Assembly: GCA_964590575.1 (NCBI GenBank)
Contig: CAZPWM010000006.1
Span: 1-61,986 of the forward strand
From: an uncultured archaeon
GTDB taxonomy: Archaea; Asgardarchaeota; Thorarchaeia; Thorarchaeales; Thorarchaeaceae
DNA: 61,986 nt
Direction of reading: 5' to 3'
Within the stretch, counting starts at the first letter, position 1. Each line of letters begins with the position of its first letter. Shown piece by piece: positions 51,383 through 61,200 of this stretch. A program made the translations under genes and the position numbers. The notes beneath the pieces were generated by a model. That model saw only the letters and a list, made by a program, of their open reading frames with translations. It was not told the DNA's origin and did not search any database.

Positions 51383-54300
51383 ATGAATAAAGACATTTTT
51401 ATCGAATCAATACATAATAGATTACTCGTAAAAAACAAGAAAAATATAAAGAAAAACGATGGTATGATTGTGATGACTCGTAAGAGGGGACGTCCAACCA
51501 AACCAATACCAGTACATCCTGAACGAGTCATATCAAGAGCTTTTCAGACTGGTCTCTCTTCTACAGTTGAGCTTCAAAGGACTATTAGTAACAAGACATC
51601 ACGAAAGCATTACGAAAGCTCTCGCAATAGTCTGAATATCGCACGTCAAGTATACATGTTAACAAAAAACAAAGGCAATCCTGATCATTCATATTTTCTG
51701 AAGGCTGAGCCACAGATTCGAGATAATACTCACAAGATGCTTTTTGAAAATGGAGCCAAATACAATTTTACGGAGATCCAGCGACAGAAGAAATCTGATG
51801 ACACAGTCGGTCCCATCAATCAAAGATTGAATGCATGTGGAGCTGCACTGAGAGAGTTTGCCCATAGAGAATTCCCGTTTCCAGATCCTAAAGACTTTGG
51901 AATTCGCATCCAACAAGCTGGAAACACGGCAAAACAGTTCAGAGTGGCTGGATACGATGAATCATCCTATGGGCCTCGAGTTACCCTTGCACATCCAGAT
52001 CTCCCTTCAATGGACTTTGGTGATGCAGTCCGCAGTCACAATGAGTATCTTGCGACATTCTGTGCAATTCATGATGTTCCAGTTAGAGAAACCACTCGGT
52101 ACTCAAACTTGTTCCTCCTTCTTATTCGGCCCTATCTAGAGATGATTTATTCTGAGTATAAAGTCGGAAAATCCGGTTTTCAGAAAGGAGTGAACAATGC
52201 ACTGCGTCAGGTGAAGAAACTGATTGTGGAGGCTGGATTTCGACCTACCAAGTATAAGGAAGAAAGGGTGACCAGAAACTCTGAATTTGAATCCCCTCCT
52301 ACAAGTCTTAATTTCTTTGATGAACAGATTGAGGATGCTAAGAAATTCTATGGCCATTTGCATCCATTAGTCACTGAACTTGAGCGAATAAGGAATGGTG
52401 GAGTAACGAGAACTTATGCACCAGAAGACCCTGAAGATAAGTGCTTGACGATAAAGGATGTAGAATACATCAGAGATAAGGCGGTGAAAAGGGCGAGAAT
52501 AGCTGGGTCTATACTCCATAGACGAATTGCTGCCCTCTTTCCAAGTCCGTGGCATCTCAATGATGTCATATTTCGTGGAGACCGGTATGTTGGGAACTCT
52601 GACTATGTCATAGTTTCAGAGGTGCCTTTACAGACGAAGCGCGTCTCTGGAAAGGTCGACCTAATACTCTTCGAGCGAGTAATAACAGAGGATGGCAAGC
52701 TCGTCCTATGGGAACCGAAACTCGTCCTAGAGATTAAAACTCGAAAGGCTCAGAGATGGTGGATCGAGCCCGACTACAAAAATTCCGAGGTCAGATCGAT
52801 TCAAAGAGTGGTCAGCGAGTTTCCTATGGAAGACATCCCATTGAATAATGATATGTGGAATTCTATCATCAATTCAACTCCCAGAAACTCCACCCAGAAC
52901 CAGTTGAATGAGTATACCCAACTTCTTGCTGATTCCTTTCAACAATCCACAAAGAGAAAATTAGCAACGATTCTGACTGGAACTGTCATCATAGATTCTA
53001 GCTCAGAAATTGAAGAAGTTAGGAGTATCTTGGAACTTCTAGTTATACACTCATATGAAGAGATGAAAGACAGAAAACAAAGAATCAAACGCACGGCATT
53101 CACACCCAAAGGTTACAATCGTATTGCTTTGGTTATTCACAATCAAGCTGCTCCAGTGAGGGAGAAAGCTGAGGTAGCTACAATACCTTGGAGTCCCATC
53201 TATAATCCTTTCAAAATCAGAAATGAGTTCAAGAGAGAGTTCATTCTCTATCTCTCTGGCAAAACATCAACATCATCAGGTCAGTCAGCTACCTGGAATG
53301 CTAGGAATTATCACGGTCTCCAAATGCTCTACGACATTGAGAAGTCAAATGATAACACAGATCTTCTCTGGATCGACCTAGCAGACCAGTTCAGTAATTC
53401 CCATCTTGCTGAAGCACGATTACGTCTGAAACCCAGAGGATACTCCGAGGAAGAGTTGGTAAAGACTCATCCAGAACATATACGAGAATTCTTTGAGAAT
53501 GTTGAGGTCATAGGATGTCTAGATAAAATCCTGTCCTTCCTTTATCAAGAAGGAATCACACCACAGTTTGACTTTGAAAATAGGACAAATCATCCAAGGG
53601 TAATCGTTGTATCAGGTGCAGACACTCTACGAGAAGCGACTCCCTCATCTCATCGTGACAAACTCAAGATATTGGTGGACCAGCTGCTGAACAGTCTTCC
53701 CGATGACATATACACCACAGTTGTCTGGTTTGATTCCCCAGTTCCTTCTGTGGAGAAGGCCTTGCCATATTCAAGTAGGGCTCTTCTTCCATTTTATGAA
53801 GACGATTCGTTGGCGGAGATAGTGACAGACATCATTTGGAATCTGCCTGTGGCACCCATTGGGGCAGTAAGACCTGATATGTGGAAACTACCTATTATCG
53901 GTGATTCATCAATGCATGATGACATCAGGGTAATCATCCGTCATTCAATAACCAAATTAACCATTGAATTGACCCATGTTCCATTCCTAAGGGGTTGGTC
54001 CAAAAGGTTCAGGAACAAAGGGAGAGGTCTTGTTATACAGGAACGGAGCTTGGATGATGTTGTACCTGAGAAAGAAACACGGACTAGAATGAAATTACTG
54101 GCACTAACAATGACTCCTTGGCTGGTACGACTATGGCCAAATGAACATCTAACAACAGATTCAAGAAGAACTCTTGAGAGTCTAATTGTCCAGATTGAGA
54201 ATGAATCCAGACCGAATCTCCGAAGTTTTGTATTAAAAAAGAGAATCCTAAGAGAAGAAACCGAACCTCCCAATATCCTTGATCTACTTCGTCTTAGGCT

Positions 54301-56434
54301 TCCAGATACGCGTGATGCCAAATCGTATGCATCCATGACTGTGGGAAAAATCAATTCACAGCGACTTTATCGTGCTCAGAATAAGTTGAATGCAAAACCA
54401 GCCAAAGATACACCCACATTGCTCTTACATGAAGACTTCTTGATCCCAGCTGCTGAAACAGAGCCTGACCTAGTATTCGGAATTAAGTTTGAAACAGAAG
54501 ATGATGTGACACAGCCCTGGTGGATGGTCGTTCAAGATATCACTAATGAGGCAAGAATGTTAGTGGGTTGTTTTACTCATAGACCTGTTGCTAATGATGG
54601 TTTTCTCTGGGCGGATACCAAGATAGAAACATTGACGCAGCATAGCTTCGACGATATTCTTAGTCTCCCACAGACAATCATGATTGGTAAGAAATCAAAG
54701 ATGGGAATGGAAACTTGGAGTTTAAGACAAGGTGATGATGAAGCGATTGACTCAGGCGTCCTTGAGGTAATAAGTCGAGGCCGCTCGACTGTAGGACACA
54801 TTCGTGCTGTTCGGCAGACTTTCTCTGAACTACCTAAGACCAAACCTACTACTGAAATCTTGTTACAAGAATCATTTTACAAACGCGTAGTCGATTCCCT
54901 TAAGCGATATCTCGAAGTGGTGACCAAACCGACTCATGTCACTGTGCACTTAGAAATGGTGGATGGTGAATGTCAAGTCACATTTCATGATGCAGAAGAT
55001 GTTATGCTTCAGACTGTCACACTCGATAACACTGCAGATCTCATCTCTTTGCTCCGGTGGCCCATGATTAAAGACGGATCAATGTTCACTGACTCTGGGG
55101 TGTTTGTGATTTGGAGTGTCTTTGAAGACATCCAGTTTGGAGATTTAGACTTTCTAAGACCATACGTTTCCTACAAAGCCGCACGGTCTACTCCTGAGGA
55201 ACTTCCTACGCGAGTAGCACAGTTCTTTGACGAGGCAGAAGAAATCCAAGTGGGCATCGAACATGATCAGTCAACTTGTCCCATATTCTTGGATGGAGCT
55301 GCAGACCATGGAGAATGTTGGAGAATTGTTCTAGCAAACGATTGTCCTAAACCAGTCAGAAAGCAGATTGGAAGTGCTATGACAGGAGAGGAGATTAACG
55401 GCATCCTTGCACCAGAAAGGTTGTATGCTGGGAAACTGTACAAGTTTAAAATTACATTACCGACAGTATCCGAGAAGGATGAGAGTATCGTTTTCCACGA
55501 AGACAAGTTCATTCGCATATTTCTCCGCAACCAAGGGTTAGTCCTGAAGAAACTTGCTCCAGGAACCTATCTGAATGTCACAAGACAACAATGGATGGTC
55601 GAGATTTCGTGGGAAGATGATACGCATCTCAAATGGAATGCACAGTCCACAGTTTCAGAACTCTTCTTCAGAGGTGAACGCCATACAATTGAACTCACCC
55701 ATGGTCGTGGGGCAGAAGAAGAATGCGAACGAATCTTAGGAATAATCACTTCAGATATTTTACAAGAACAGATAGCAAACTATTCCAAACTCGAGGGAAA
55801 TTTGTTATCTGATCTCACAGACAAAGGATATACCAAGTTAAGTCCTCCATGTGAGCTCCGTGTCATCGAGTCGACGAATACAGACTTCAGTTTTGGAATC
55901 TACCCTGTTGAAGGAACTCGTATAGCCCCTTATCTTAGATTTACTGTCATTGTTACAAGTGAGGAATCACCGGATGCGCTGATTAAGGGATTAGATATGA
56001 GTTTCTCAGAGGGTGAGCTGAGTCATTATTCCATCAGAAACAAGGATGCGTTCATGAAAAAGTTCAGTTCATGGGTGAGTAGAAATGTGCCTGTCATAGA
56101 AGAATTGTCTGAGGAACCAGAAGAATGGGAAGTTACCCTTTTTGTCAATGTGAAGACACATGAAATCTTCTGGGAGGCTGAGCAGCACTCTAGGGAAGCT
56201 CACCAGACTGACCTTCTCTATGGTGACAAGAAAATCTTACTGGATAGTAGTATCGAGAAAGCAGAACAAGAATTAGGAGAAATCTTTGAGGCGGACGTAG
56301 TACAAAGGCTACTTCATATTTCCAATCTTGATGACGTCTTGAAAATTCAAATACCTGAAATGATTAGAAAACTTCGTTTTTGCAAACCTTCAGCAGATTT
56401 GACTTCTGAGTCTGATGACCAAATTCACCATTGA
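51383..56434 (+). CDS. Giant hypothetical protein with PD-(D/E)XK nuclease domain, AT-hook-like motif and degenerate P-loop-like region
   Basis: SEVPL...GKVDLIL...LEIKT...QLNEY; RKRGRP near probable start (~51474); LYLSGKTS...LLWIDL...VIVVSGADTL. Confidence 0.8.
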   Translation: MNKDIFIESIHNRLLVKNKKNIKKNDGMIVMTRKRGRPTKPIPVHPERVISRAFQTGLSSTVELQRTISNKTSRKHYESSRNSLNIARQVYMLTKNKGNPDHSYFLKAEPQIRDNTHKMLFENGAKYNFTEIQRQKKSDDTVGPINQRLNACGAALREFAHREFPFPDPKDFGIRIQQAGNTAKQFRVAGYDESSYGPRVTLAHPDLPSMDFGDAVRSHNEYLATFCAIHDVPVRETTRYSNLFLLLIRPYLEMIYSEYKVGKSGFQKGVNNALRQVKKLIVEAGFRPTKYKEERVTRNSEFESPPTSLNFFDEQIEDAKKFYGHLHPLVTELERIRNGGVTRTYAPEDPEDKCLTIKDVEYIRDKAVKRARIAGSILHRRIAALFPSPWHLNDVIFRGDRYVGNSDYVIVSEVPLQTKRVSGKVDLILFERVITEDGKLVLWEPKLVLEIKTRKAQRWWIEPDYKNSEVRSIQRVVSEFPMEDIPLNNDMWNSIINSTPRNSTQNQLNEYTQLLADSFQQSTKRKLATILTGTVIIDSSSEIEEVRSILELLVIHSYEEMKDRKQRIKRTAFTPKGYNRIALVIHNQAAPVREKAEVATIPWSPIYNPFKIRNEFKREFILYLSGKTSTSSGQSATWNARNYHGLQMLYDIEKSNDNTDLLWIDLADQFSNSHLAEARLRLKPRGYSEEELVKTHPEHIREFFENVEVIGCLDKILSFLYQEGITPQFDFENRTNHPRVIVVSGADTLREATPSSHRDKLKILVDQLLNSLPDDIYTTVVWFDSPVPSVEKALPYSSRALLPFYEDDSLAEIVTDIIWNLPVAPIGAVRPDMWKLPIIGDSSMHDDIRVIIRHSITKLTIELTHVPFLRGWSKRFRNKGRGLVIQERSLDDVVPEKETRTRMKLLALTMTPWLVRLWPNEHLTTDSRRTLESLIVQIENESRPNLRSFVLKKRILREETEPPNILDLLRLRLPDTRDAKSYASMTVGKINSQRLYRAQNKLNAKPAKDTPTLLLHEDFLIPAAETEPDLVFGIKFETEDDVTQPWWMVVQDITNEARMLVGCFTHRPVANDGFLWADTKIETLTQHSFDDILSLPQTIMIGKKSKMGMETWSLRQGDDEAIDSGVLEVISRGRSTVGHIRAVRQTFSELPKTKPTTEILLQESFYKRVVDSLKRYLEVVTKPTHVTVHLEMVDGECQVTFHDAEDVMLQTVTLDNTADLISLLRWPMIKDGSMFTDSGVFVIWSVFEDIQFGDLDFLRPYVSYKAARSTPEELPTRVAQFFDEAEEIQVGIEHDQSTCPIFLDGAADHGECWRIVLANDCPKPVRKQIGSAMTGEEINGILAPERLYAGKLYKFKITLPTVSEKDESIVFHEDKFIRIFLRNQGLVLKKLAPGTYLNVTRQQWMVEISWEDDTHLKWNAQSTVSELFFRGERHTIELTHGRGAEEECERILGIITSDILQEQIANYSKLEGNLLSDLTDKGYTKLSPPCELRVIESTNTDFSFGIYPVEGTRIAPYLRFTVIVTSEESPDALIKGLDMSFSEGELSHYSIRNKDAFMKKFSSWVSRNVPVIEELSEEPEEWEVTLFVNVKTHEIFWEAEQHSREAHQTDLLYGDKKILLDSSIEKAEQELGEIFEADVVQRLLHISNLDDVLKIQIPEMIRKLRFCKPSADLTSESDDQIHH

Positions 56435-56590
56435 GGAAGTCAGGCCATCTCAATATTGAATTAGTCCTGAATATGTTAGAGATATCTCACGCCACTTCAT
56501 AATCCTTTTAAGGTTACAACAGGCCGGAGCCGACAACCACCATTCAGTGCGTACCATGAATGGTACGTCGACCCTAAGAGGTAAATCATA

Positions 56591-57034
56591 TTGACAGGTT
56601 CAAAATCTCCCGTAGGCGAGTTCGCAGCTCGACCCCTCGTCCGAAAGAGGAAGAAGTTCCGCTGGAAGAAACCCGCTTACAAAAGGCGTGTTCTTAAGCT
56701 AACGAGGAAGACTGACCCACTAGAGGGTGCCCCTCAAGCAAAAGGCATCGTACTTGAAAAAGTCGGTATCGAATCAAAGCAGCCAAACTCAGCTATTCGA
56801 AAGGCTGTAAGGATTCAACTCTCAAAGAATGGAAAACAGATTACTGCGTTCATACCTGGGGATGGTGGCCTGAAATACATAGATGAACACGACTCTGTTC
56901 TTGTTGAGGGGATTGGTGGTGCGCAAGGTGGTCCCGTTGGAGATCTACCAGGTGTGAGTTGGCGCGTCGTGCGAGTTAATGGAGTTTCCCTTGAATCATT
57001 GATATACGGGAAGAAGGAGAAGCCAATTCGGTAG
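56591..57034 (+). CDS. rps12: 30S ribosomal protein S12
   Basis: [17 protein letters not shown]. Confidence 0.97.
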   Translation: MTGSKSPVGEFAARPLVRKRKKFRWKKPAYKRRVLKLTRKTDPLEGAPQAKGIVLEKVGIESKQPNSAIRKAVRIQLSKNGKQITAFIPGDGGLKYIDEHDSVLVEGIGGAQGGPVGDLPGVSWRVVRVNGVSLESLIYGKKEKPIR

Positions 57035-57044
57035 GTGATAAACA

Positions 57045-57695
57045 ATGTCTGACGAAGAAACTTTTGAACCAGTTGCTGAAGAAGCTCAACCCCTCGATGC
57101 TCCTGACCTACTCCTATTCGGAAAGTGGGACTCAACTGATGTACAGATCAATGATGTGGGTCTAGCTAGATACATCTCTTTGAAACCAGTACTGATTCCC
57201 CACACATCAGGCAGACATGCTCATAAAGGATTCCACAAGTCTAACATTCCTATTGTTGAACGATTTGCTAACAAGATGCTCAACGCTGGTCGTAGGAAGG
57301 ATAAGAAGACACGAACAGGGAGAGGTGCTGGCAAGAAACTACGAGCACTTTCCACTCTCAGAAGGGTCTTTGATATCATTAATTACAGGACCGGGTTGAA
57401 CCCCGTTCAAGTCTTAGTTACTGCAATCGAGAATGCTGCTCCCGCTGAGGAAACAACACGAATTTCATACGGTGGCATGGCTTATCCTCGTTCGGTAGAT
57501 GTTTCTCCACAGAGAAGAATTGATCTCGCTCTGAGATATCTCTCAGTCGGCCCAGTCCGTTCAGCACATAAAAATGCTAAGTCATTTGAAGAATGCTTGG
57601 TAGATGAGCTACTTCTCGCCTACAAGAGTGATCCCGGTAGTTTTGCTATCTCTAGGAAAGAAGAACGAGAACGAGTTGCTCGTTCTGCGAGATAA
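57045..57695 (+). CDS. rps7: 30S ribosomal protein S7
   Basis: LFGKW, NPVQVL...AIEN, VDVSPQRR, ERVARSAR. Confidence 0.97.
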   Translation: MSDEETFEPVAEEAQPLDAPDLLLFGKWDSTDVQINDVGLARYISLKPVLIPHTSGRHAHKGFHKSNIPIVERFANKMLNAGRRKDKKTRTGRGAGKKLRALSTLRRVFDIINYRTGLNPVQVLVTAIENAAPAEETTRISYGGMAYPRSVDVSPQRRIDLALRYLSVGPVRSAHKNAKSFEECLVDELLLAYKSDPGSFAISRKEERERVARSAR

Positions 57696-57710
57696 TCCAA
57701 TAATGTAGTT

Positions 57711-57730
57711 TGCACGGGGATTCCCGTGCA
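57711..57730 (+). terminator. Hairpin after rps7 (possible terminator or processing stem)
   Basis: TGCACGGG-GATT-CCCGTGCA followed by a pyrimidine-rich tract. Confidence 0.5.
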
Positions 57731-57808
57731 CCTCTATTCTGTTTTCTACCTCTTCAGTTCAGCTTATCAGAAGGTTCATTCTCAAACAATCAATACGAGG
57801 AGCAAGAT

Positions 57809-58729
57809 ATGAGTAGGACTTCTTTGGCATATCTAGCAATCATTGTGACTACAGTCCTATGGTCCTCATCATTGATTTTTGCCAAGCTTATTTTTACTGA
57901 AGTAGGTCCTATCGTCTTTGTAGCTTTAAGATACACCCTAGCTACTCCATTTCTTCTTGTAGTAACTCTTCAACACAGGAAAAAACAGACCATAGTAGAC
58001 GTGAAAAATAACTGGAAGATTCTCTTGGTCGCTGGACTTAGTGGACCTTTCATTTCTCAGATTCTCCAGTACATTGGTCTTGAGCTAACAGCCGCGAGTG
58101 ATGCCCTTCTTCTCCTGAACCTAACACCCATTTTCGCTGTTATACTTGCAGCTCCTGTGTTAAACGAGAAGATCACATTCGAGAAAGTTATGGGTCTCGT
58201 GCTTGCGACAATTGGTGCTATGCTTATTGTCATGAACACTGCTCCAGAATCCCCGACACCTGATTCATTGCGCTTCATTGGAAATCTCATTGTGATTGTA
58301 TCTACATTTTTCTTTGCAATTAATGGAATAGCAGGTAAAATATCCATCAAGTCAATCGATGCTGTTTCAACCACATTTTACAGTTCTTTGTTTGCTGTCC
58401 CATTCATTTGGATATCAGCTACCCTACTTGATGATGTGACAGTCTTACTCACCATGAGCGTGCAGGCATGGCTAGTCCTACTGTGGGTAGCAATTGTGAA
58501 CACTGTGATTGCATTCATTCTCTATTATGAGTCAATGAAACACATTGAAGCTTCACTAGTTCAAATTATGCTTAATTTGATTGCAGTTTGGGGTGTGTTA
58601 CTATCAATCTTTGCCCTTCATGAAACAATAACCTATCTACAGATTTCTGGAGGTGCGATTACAGTACTTGGTGTGATAATCGCACAGATGGCTCAAGTAC
58701 GTCGAAAATCCAAGAAAGACCATCTATAA
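57809..58729 (+). CDS. DMT/EamA family transporter
   Basis: Ten TM helices in two EamA repeats; GAGG before ATG. Confidence 0.92.
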   Translation: MSRTSLAYLAIIVTTVLWSSSLIFAKLIFTEVGPIVFVALRYTLATPFLLVVTLQHRKKQTIVDVKNNWKILLVAGLSGPFISQILQYIGLELTAASDALLLLNLTPIFAVILAAPVLNEKITFEKVMGLVLATIGAMLIVMNTAPESPTPDSLRFIGNLIVIVSTFFFAINGIAGKISIKSIDAVSTTFYSSLFAVPFIWISATLLDDVTVLLTMSVQAWLVLLWVAIVNTVIAFILYYESMKHIEASLVQIMLNLIAVWGVLLSIFALHETITYLQISGGAITVLGVIIAQMAQVRRKSKKDHL

Positions 58730-58752
58730 GGAACCATGTAGGTATCTTCTAT

Positions 58753-58974
58753 GTGGCAAATATGAATCGTAAAGATGCTTTGAAGAATCTCATTATCTTC
58801 TTTGGTACGATTTTGTTAATACTGACAGCAGCAGAATATCTACTTCGCGTTTATTCAGTCACTCTTGATCTTATTGTCGTCTATTGGATTCACATTATCT
58901 ATCTACTGTCAATTATGGTGTTTCTACTCCTGCTAGTAATATACATCGAAGTAAGGATGCGGTCGAATTCCTGA
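58753..58974 (+). CDS. Small two-TM hypothetical protein
   Basis: Two hydrophobic helices. Confidence 0.55.
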   Translation: MANMNRKDALKNLIIFFGTILLILTAAEYLLRVYSVTLDLIVVYWIHIIYLLSIMVFLLLLVIYIEVRMRSNS

Positions 58975-59030
58975 GATGCCCAAAGAGATATGTCCCACCA
59001 TAGTGACCAATGTTTTTCGAGGTTAGCACC

Positions 59031-60068
59031 ATGCCTGATGAACTCAAAGTCGGTACAGCGGTTGCAAAAAGAGGAGAACTCCAGAAAGGAGTAATCAAGG
59101 GAATTGAACTGAACACAACAACTAGTATTGACATTCCTGTTCTTGTTATGAATGGAGAGAAAGATGGACCTACTGTGCTCATGGTTTCCACACAGCATGG
59201 TATAGAGATTCAAGGTATCGAGGTAATTCGCAAGATAATGAGGGAAAAGGTAAATCCCAAGGATCTCCGAGGCGCAATCATCGGAATTCCGGTGGAGAAC
59301 CCTCTGGCTTTCATGCATCATCAGTATCTTTCATGGATTGATAACCAAGACTTAGGTGGAGGAGGTAGTGCTAGTCCTCTAACAGCGGACAAACCAAATG
59401 GTACAGCAACAGAGCGATTGGCGTTTATTCTCTGGCAAGAAGCGTGGAGCAAGGCTGACATGGTCTTCAACATACATACCAATGTTAGACCTGATTCACT
59501 TTTCTTTACTGAAATCAACGTTGGTAACCCGAAAACGAAGGAGAAACTTGAGAAAATGGCTGAGGCTTTTGGTGTCACGAATGTAGTTGAAAGTGTTCCA
59601 ATTGCCGCTGATGCACCAAACACACTGGCTAATTTAGCAGTAAAGAATGGTGTCCCTGACATTCTTATCGAGCTTATTGATGGAAGATGGATTTCCGAAC
59701 CTTCCACAACTGTTGGAGTTCGTGGGAGTCTTAATATAATGAAAACCTTTGAAATGATAGACGGCGATATTGAACTCCAAGAAGGAATCCCAATCATACC
59801 TGGAATTTGCACATTCCATAGAATAGTCCACGCAAATCGAGGAGGTCTTATTCGATTTCTGAAGACACCTGGCGACTTCATGAAGAAAGGAGAAGTGTTT
59901 GCTGAGATCTACGACATTTATGGTGACATTTTAGAAAGAGTAGAATGTCCTGTTGATGGTTATATTTGGGCTTATCCATGTGGTGATATTCTCGGAACTC
60001 CAGGAAGTCTTCAAGCTGTTCAGACTGGCGCAAACATTGCATATGTCTTCACATCAGAAAAACAATGA
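59031..60068 (+). CDS. Succinylglutamate desuccinylase/aspartoacylase (M14) family protein
   Basis: HGIE zinc motif, NIHT, C-terminal biotinyl-like hairpin. Confidence 0.87.
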   Translation: MPDELKVGTAVAKRGELQKGVIKGIELNTTTSIDIPVLVMNGEKDGPTVLMVSTQHGIEIQGIEVIRKIMREKVNPKDLRGAIIGIPVENPLAFMHHQYLSWIDNQDLGGGGSASPLTADKPNGTATERLAFILWQEAWSKADMVFNIHTNVRPDSLFFTEINVGNPKTKEKLEKMAEAFGVTNVVESVPIAADAPNTLANLAVKNGVPDILIELIDGRWISEPSTTVGVRGSLNIMKTFEMIDGDIELQEGIPIIPGICTFHRIVHANRGGLIRFLKTPGDFMKKGEVFAEIYDIYGDILERVECPVDGYIWAYPCGDILGTPGSLQAVQTGANIAYVFTSEKQ

Positions 60069-60156
60069 GTTTCATTTCTAGTAATTTTTTCGCGTATTTG
60101 ATACACAGGACGCCATGGCGAAACTGTTTTGTGAGAACATACTTCATTTCTCGTGA

Positions 60157-60699
60157 TTGATTATGATGGACAAAGTTCTGATTTGCTACGGAACACGATA
60201 TGGAACAACTACTGAAGTAGTCCAAGAAATGAGTAACACAGCTAGAGAATTTGGAGCCCAAGTAGACGTCGTTCAATTGGAGAAAGGAACACCTTTTCCA
60301 GCACCTGAAGGATATGATTTAGTAATCATAGGGAGCGGTATTCGGGCAGGACAATGGACAAAGGAACCTCTAGAATTCATCGAGCAAAAGTTAGAATCAC
60401 TCTCAAAGATCAAAGTCGCGCTCTTTGTTGTTAGTGGATACGCGGGTAATCCTGACAAGGTTGCTGAGGCTCAGTCAGAGTACTTGGACAAGATGTCTGA
60501 AAAATATCCGGGATTGTCCCCAATTTCCACTGCCTTAATTGGTGGAGTGTTCGAGTTCCAGAAATACAACCTTGTAGTCCGGGCTCTTGTAAAGAACATC
60601 GTAAAGAATCAGATACCCCCTGGAGAGAAAATTCCTGAGAAGATTGATTTTCGTGATTGGGATATGATTCGCGATTGGGTCAAAGGAATTGTCCAGTGA
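60157..60699 (+). CDS. Flavodoxin-domain protein (HemG-like)
   Basis: YGTRYGTT, IIGSGIRAG, DFRDWD. Confidence 0.88.
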   Translation: MIMMDKVLICYGTRYGTTTEVVQEMSNTAREFGAQVDVVQLEKGTPFPAPEGYDLVIIGSGIRAGQWTKEPLEFIEQKLESLSKIKVALFVVSGYAGNPDKVAEAQSEYLDKMSEKYPGLSPISTALIGGVFEFQKYNLVVRALVKNIVKNQIPPGEKIPEKIDFRDWDMIRDWVKGIVQ

Positions 60700-60727
60700 G
60701 CAAAACGACCTTGGTTTGGTGAAGTAG

Positions 60728-61108
60728 ATGAAGATTCTGAAAGTGGTCAAGAATCACAAGAGCGAGTTTCACGTCCCGTTGATAGCTAAGAACGGCGAGA
60801 TTGTTGAAGGAGAGGAGAAAGAAACCGAGTTGGAAGGTTGGCTCTGGTGTCGAAATAACTCCGGAGTTCATGGATGGGTGCCAAAGACCTACCTTGAACT
60901 CACGTCCGAATCAAAACATTATCAATTTCTCAAGGACTATAATTCACGGGAACTGACTATCGACGAAGATCAAGAAGTGATTGTCTTAGATGAAGAGAGC
61001 GGATGGGCTTGGGTTCGAACACCATTAGGAGATGAAGGTTGGATTCCAATGAAGAATTTACAGGAGTTGAAAGGTAGACCAGACTCAATTCCTGACATCA
61101 TGAAATGA
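60728..61108 (+). CDS. Tandem SH3-domain protein
   Basis: GWLWC...GWVPKTYL and ELT...GWAWV...GWIPMKNL. Confidence 0.85.
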   Translation: MKILKVVKNHKSEFHVPLIAKNGEIVEGEEKETELEGWLWCRNNSGVHGWVPKTYLELTSESKHYQFLKDYNSRELTIDEDQEVIVLDEESGWAWVRTPLGDEGWIPMKNLQELKGRPDSIPDIMK

Positions 61109-61200
61109 ACTTCTAGTAAAATCATCCGCGGATTTAGCATCCACTGTATTTTACGGAAACATTATGAAATGGTTATATAATCCAATCCTGGGTTTCGTAA

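Larger units (their letters stand above)
49123..56504. mobile_element. ~7.4-kb insertion between nusA and rps12 carrying a TnpB-like nuclease and a giant PD-(D/E)XK protein
   Basis: Interrupts the conserved nusA-rps12 adjacency; TTCATAATC direct repeat at 49123-49131 and 56496-56504. Confidence 0.8.

Noticed and set aside
49103-56590. CRISPR array or cas genes next to the Cas12-like nuclease
   Set aside because: Only two copies of the CAATTTACAATGRACGRT motif, 2 kb apart; no regularly spaced repeats and no cas1/cas2.
57696-57808. Absence of an elongation-factor gene after rps7
   Set aside because: Gene order after rps7 varies among archaea; not distinctive on its own.
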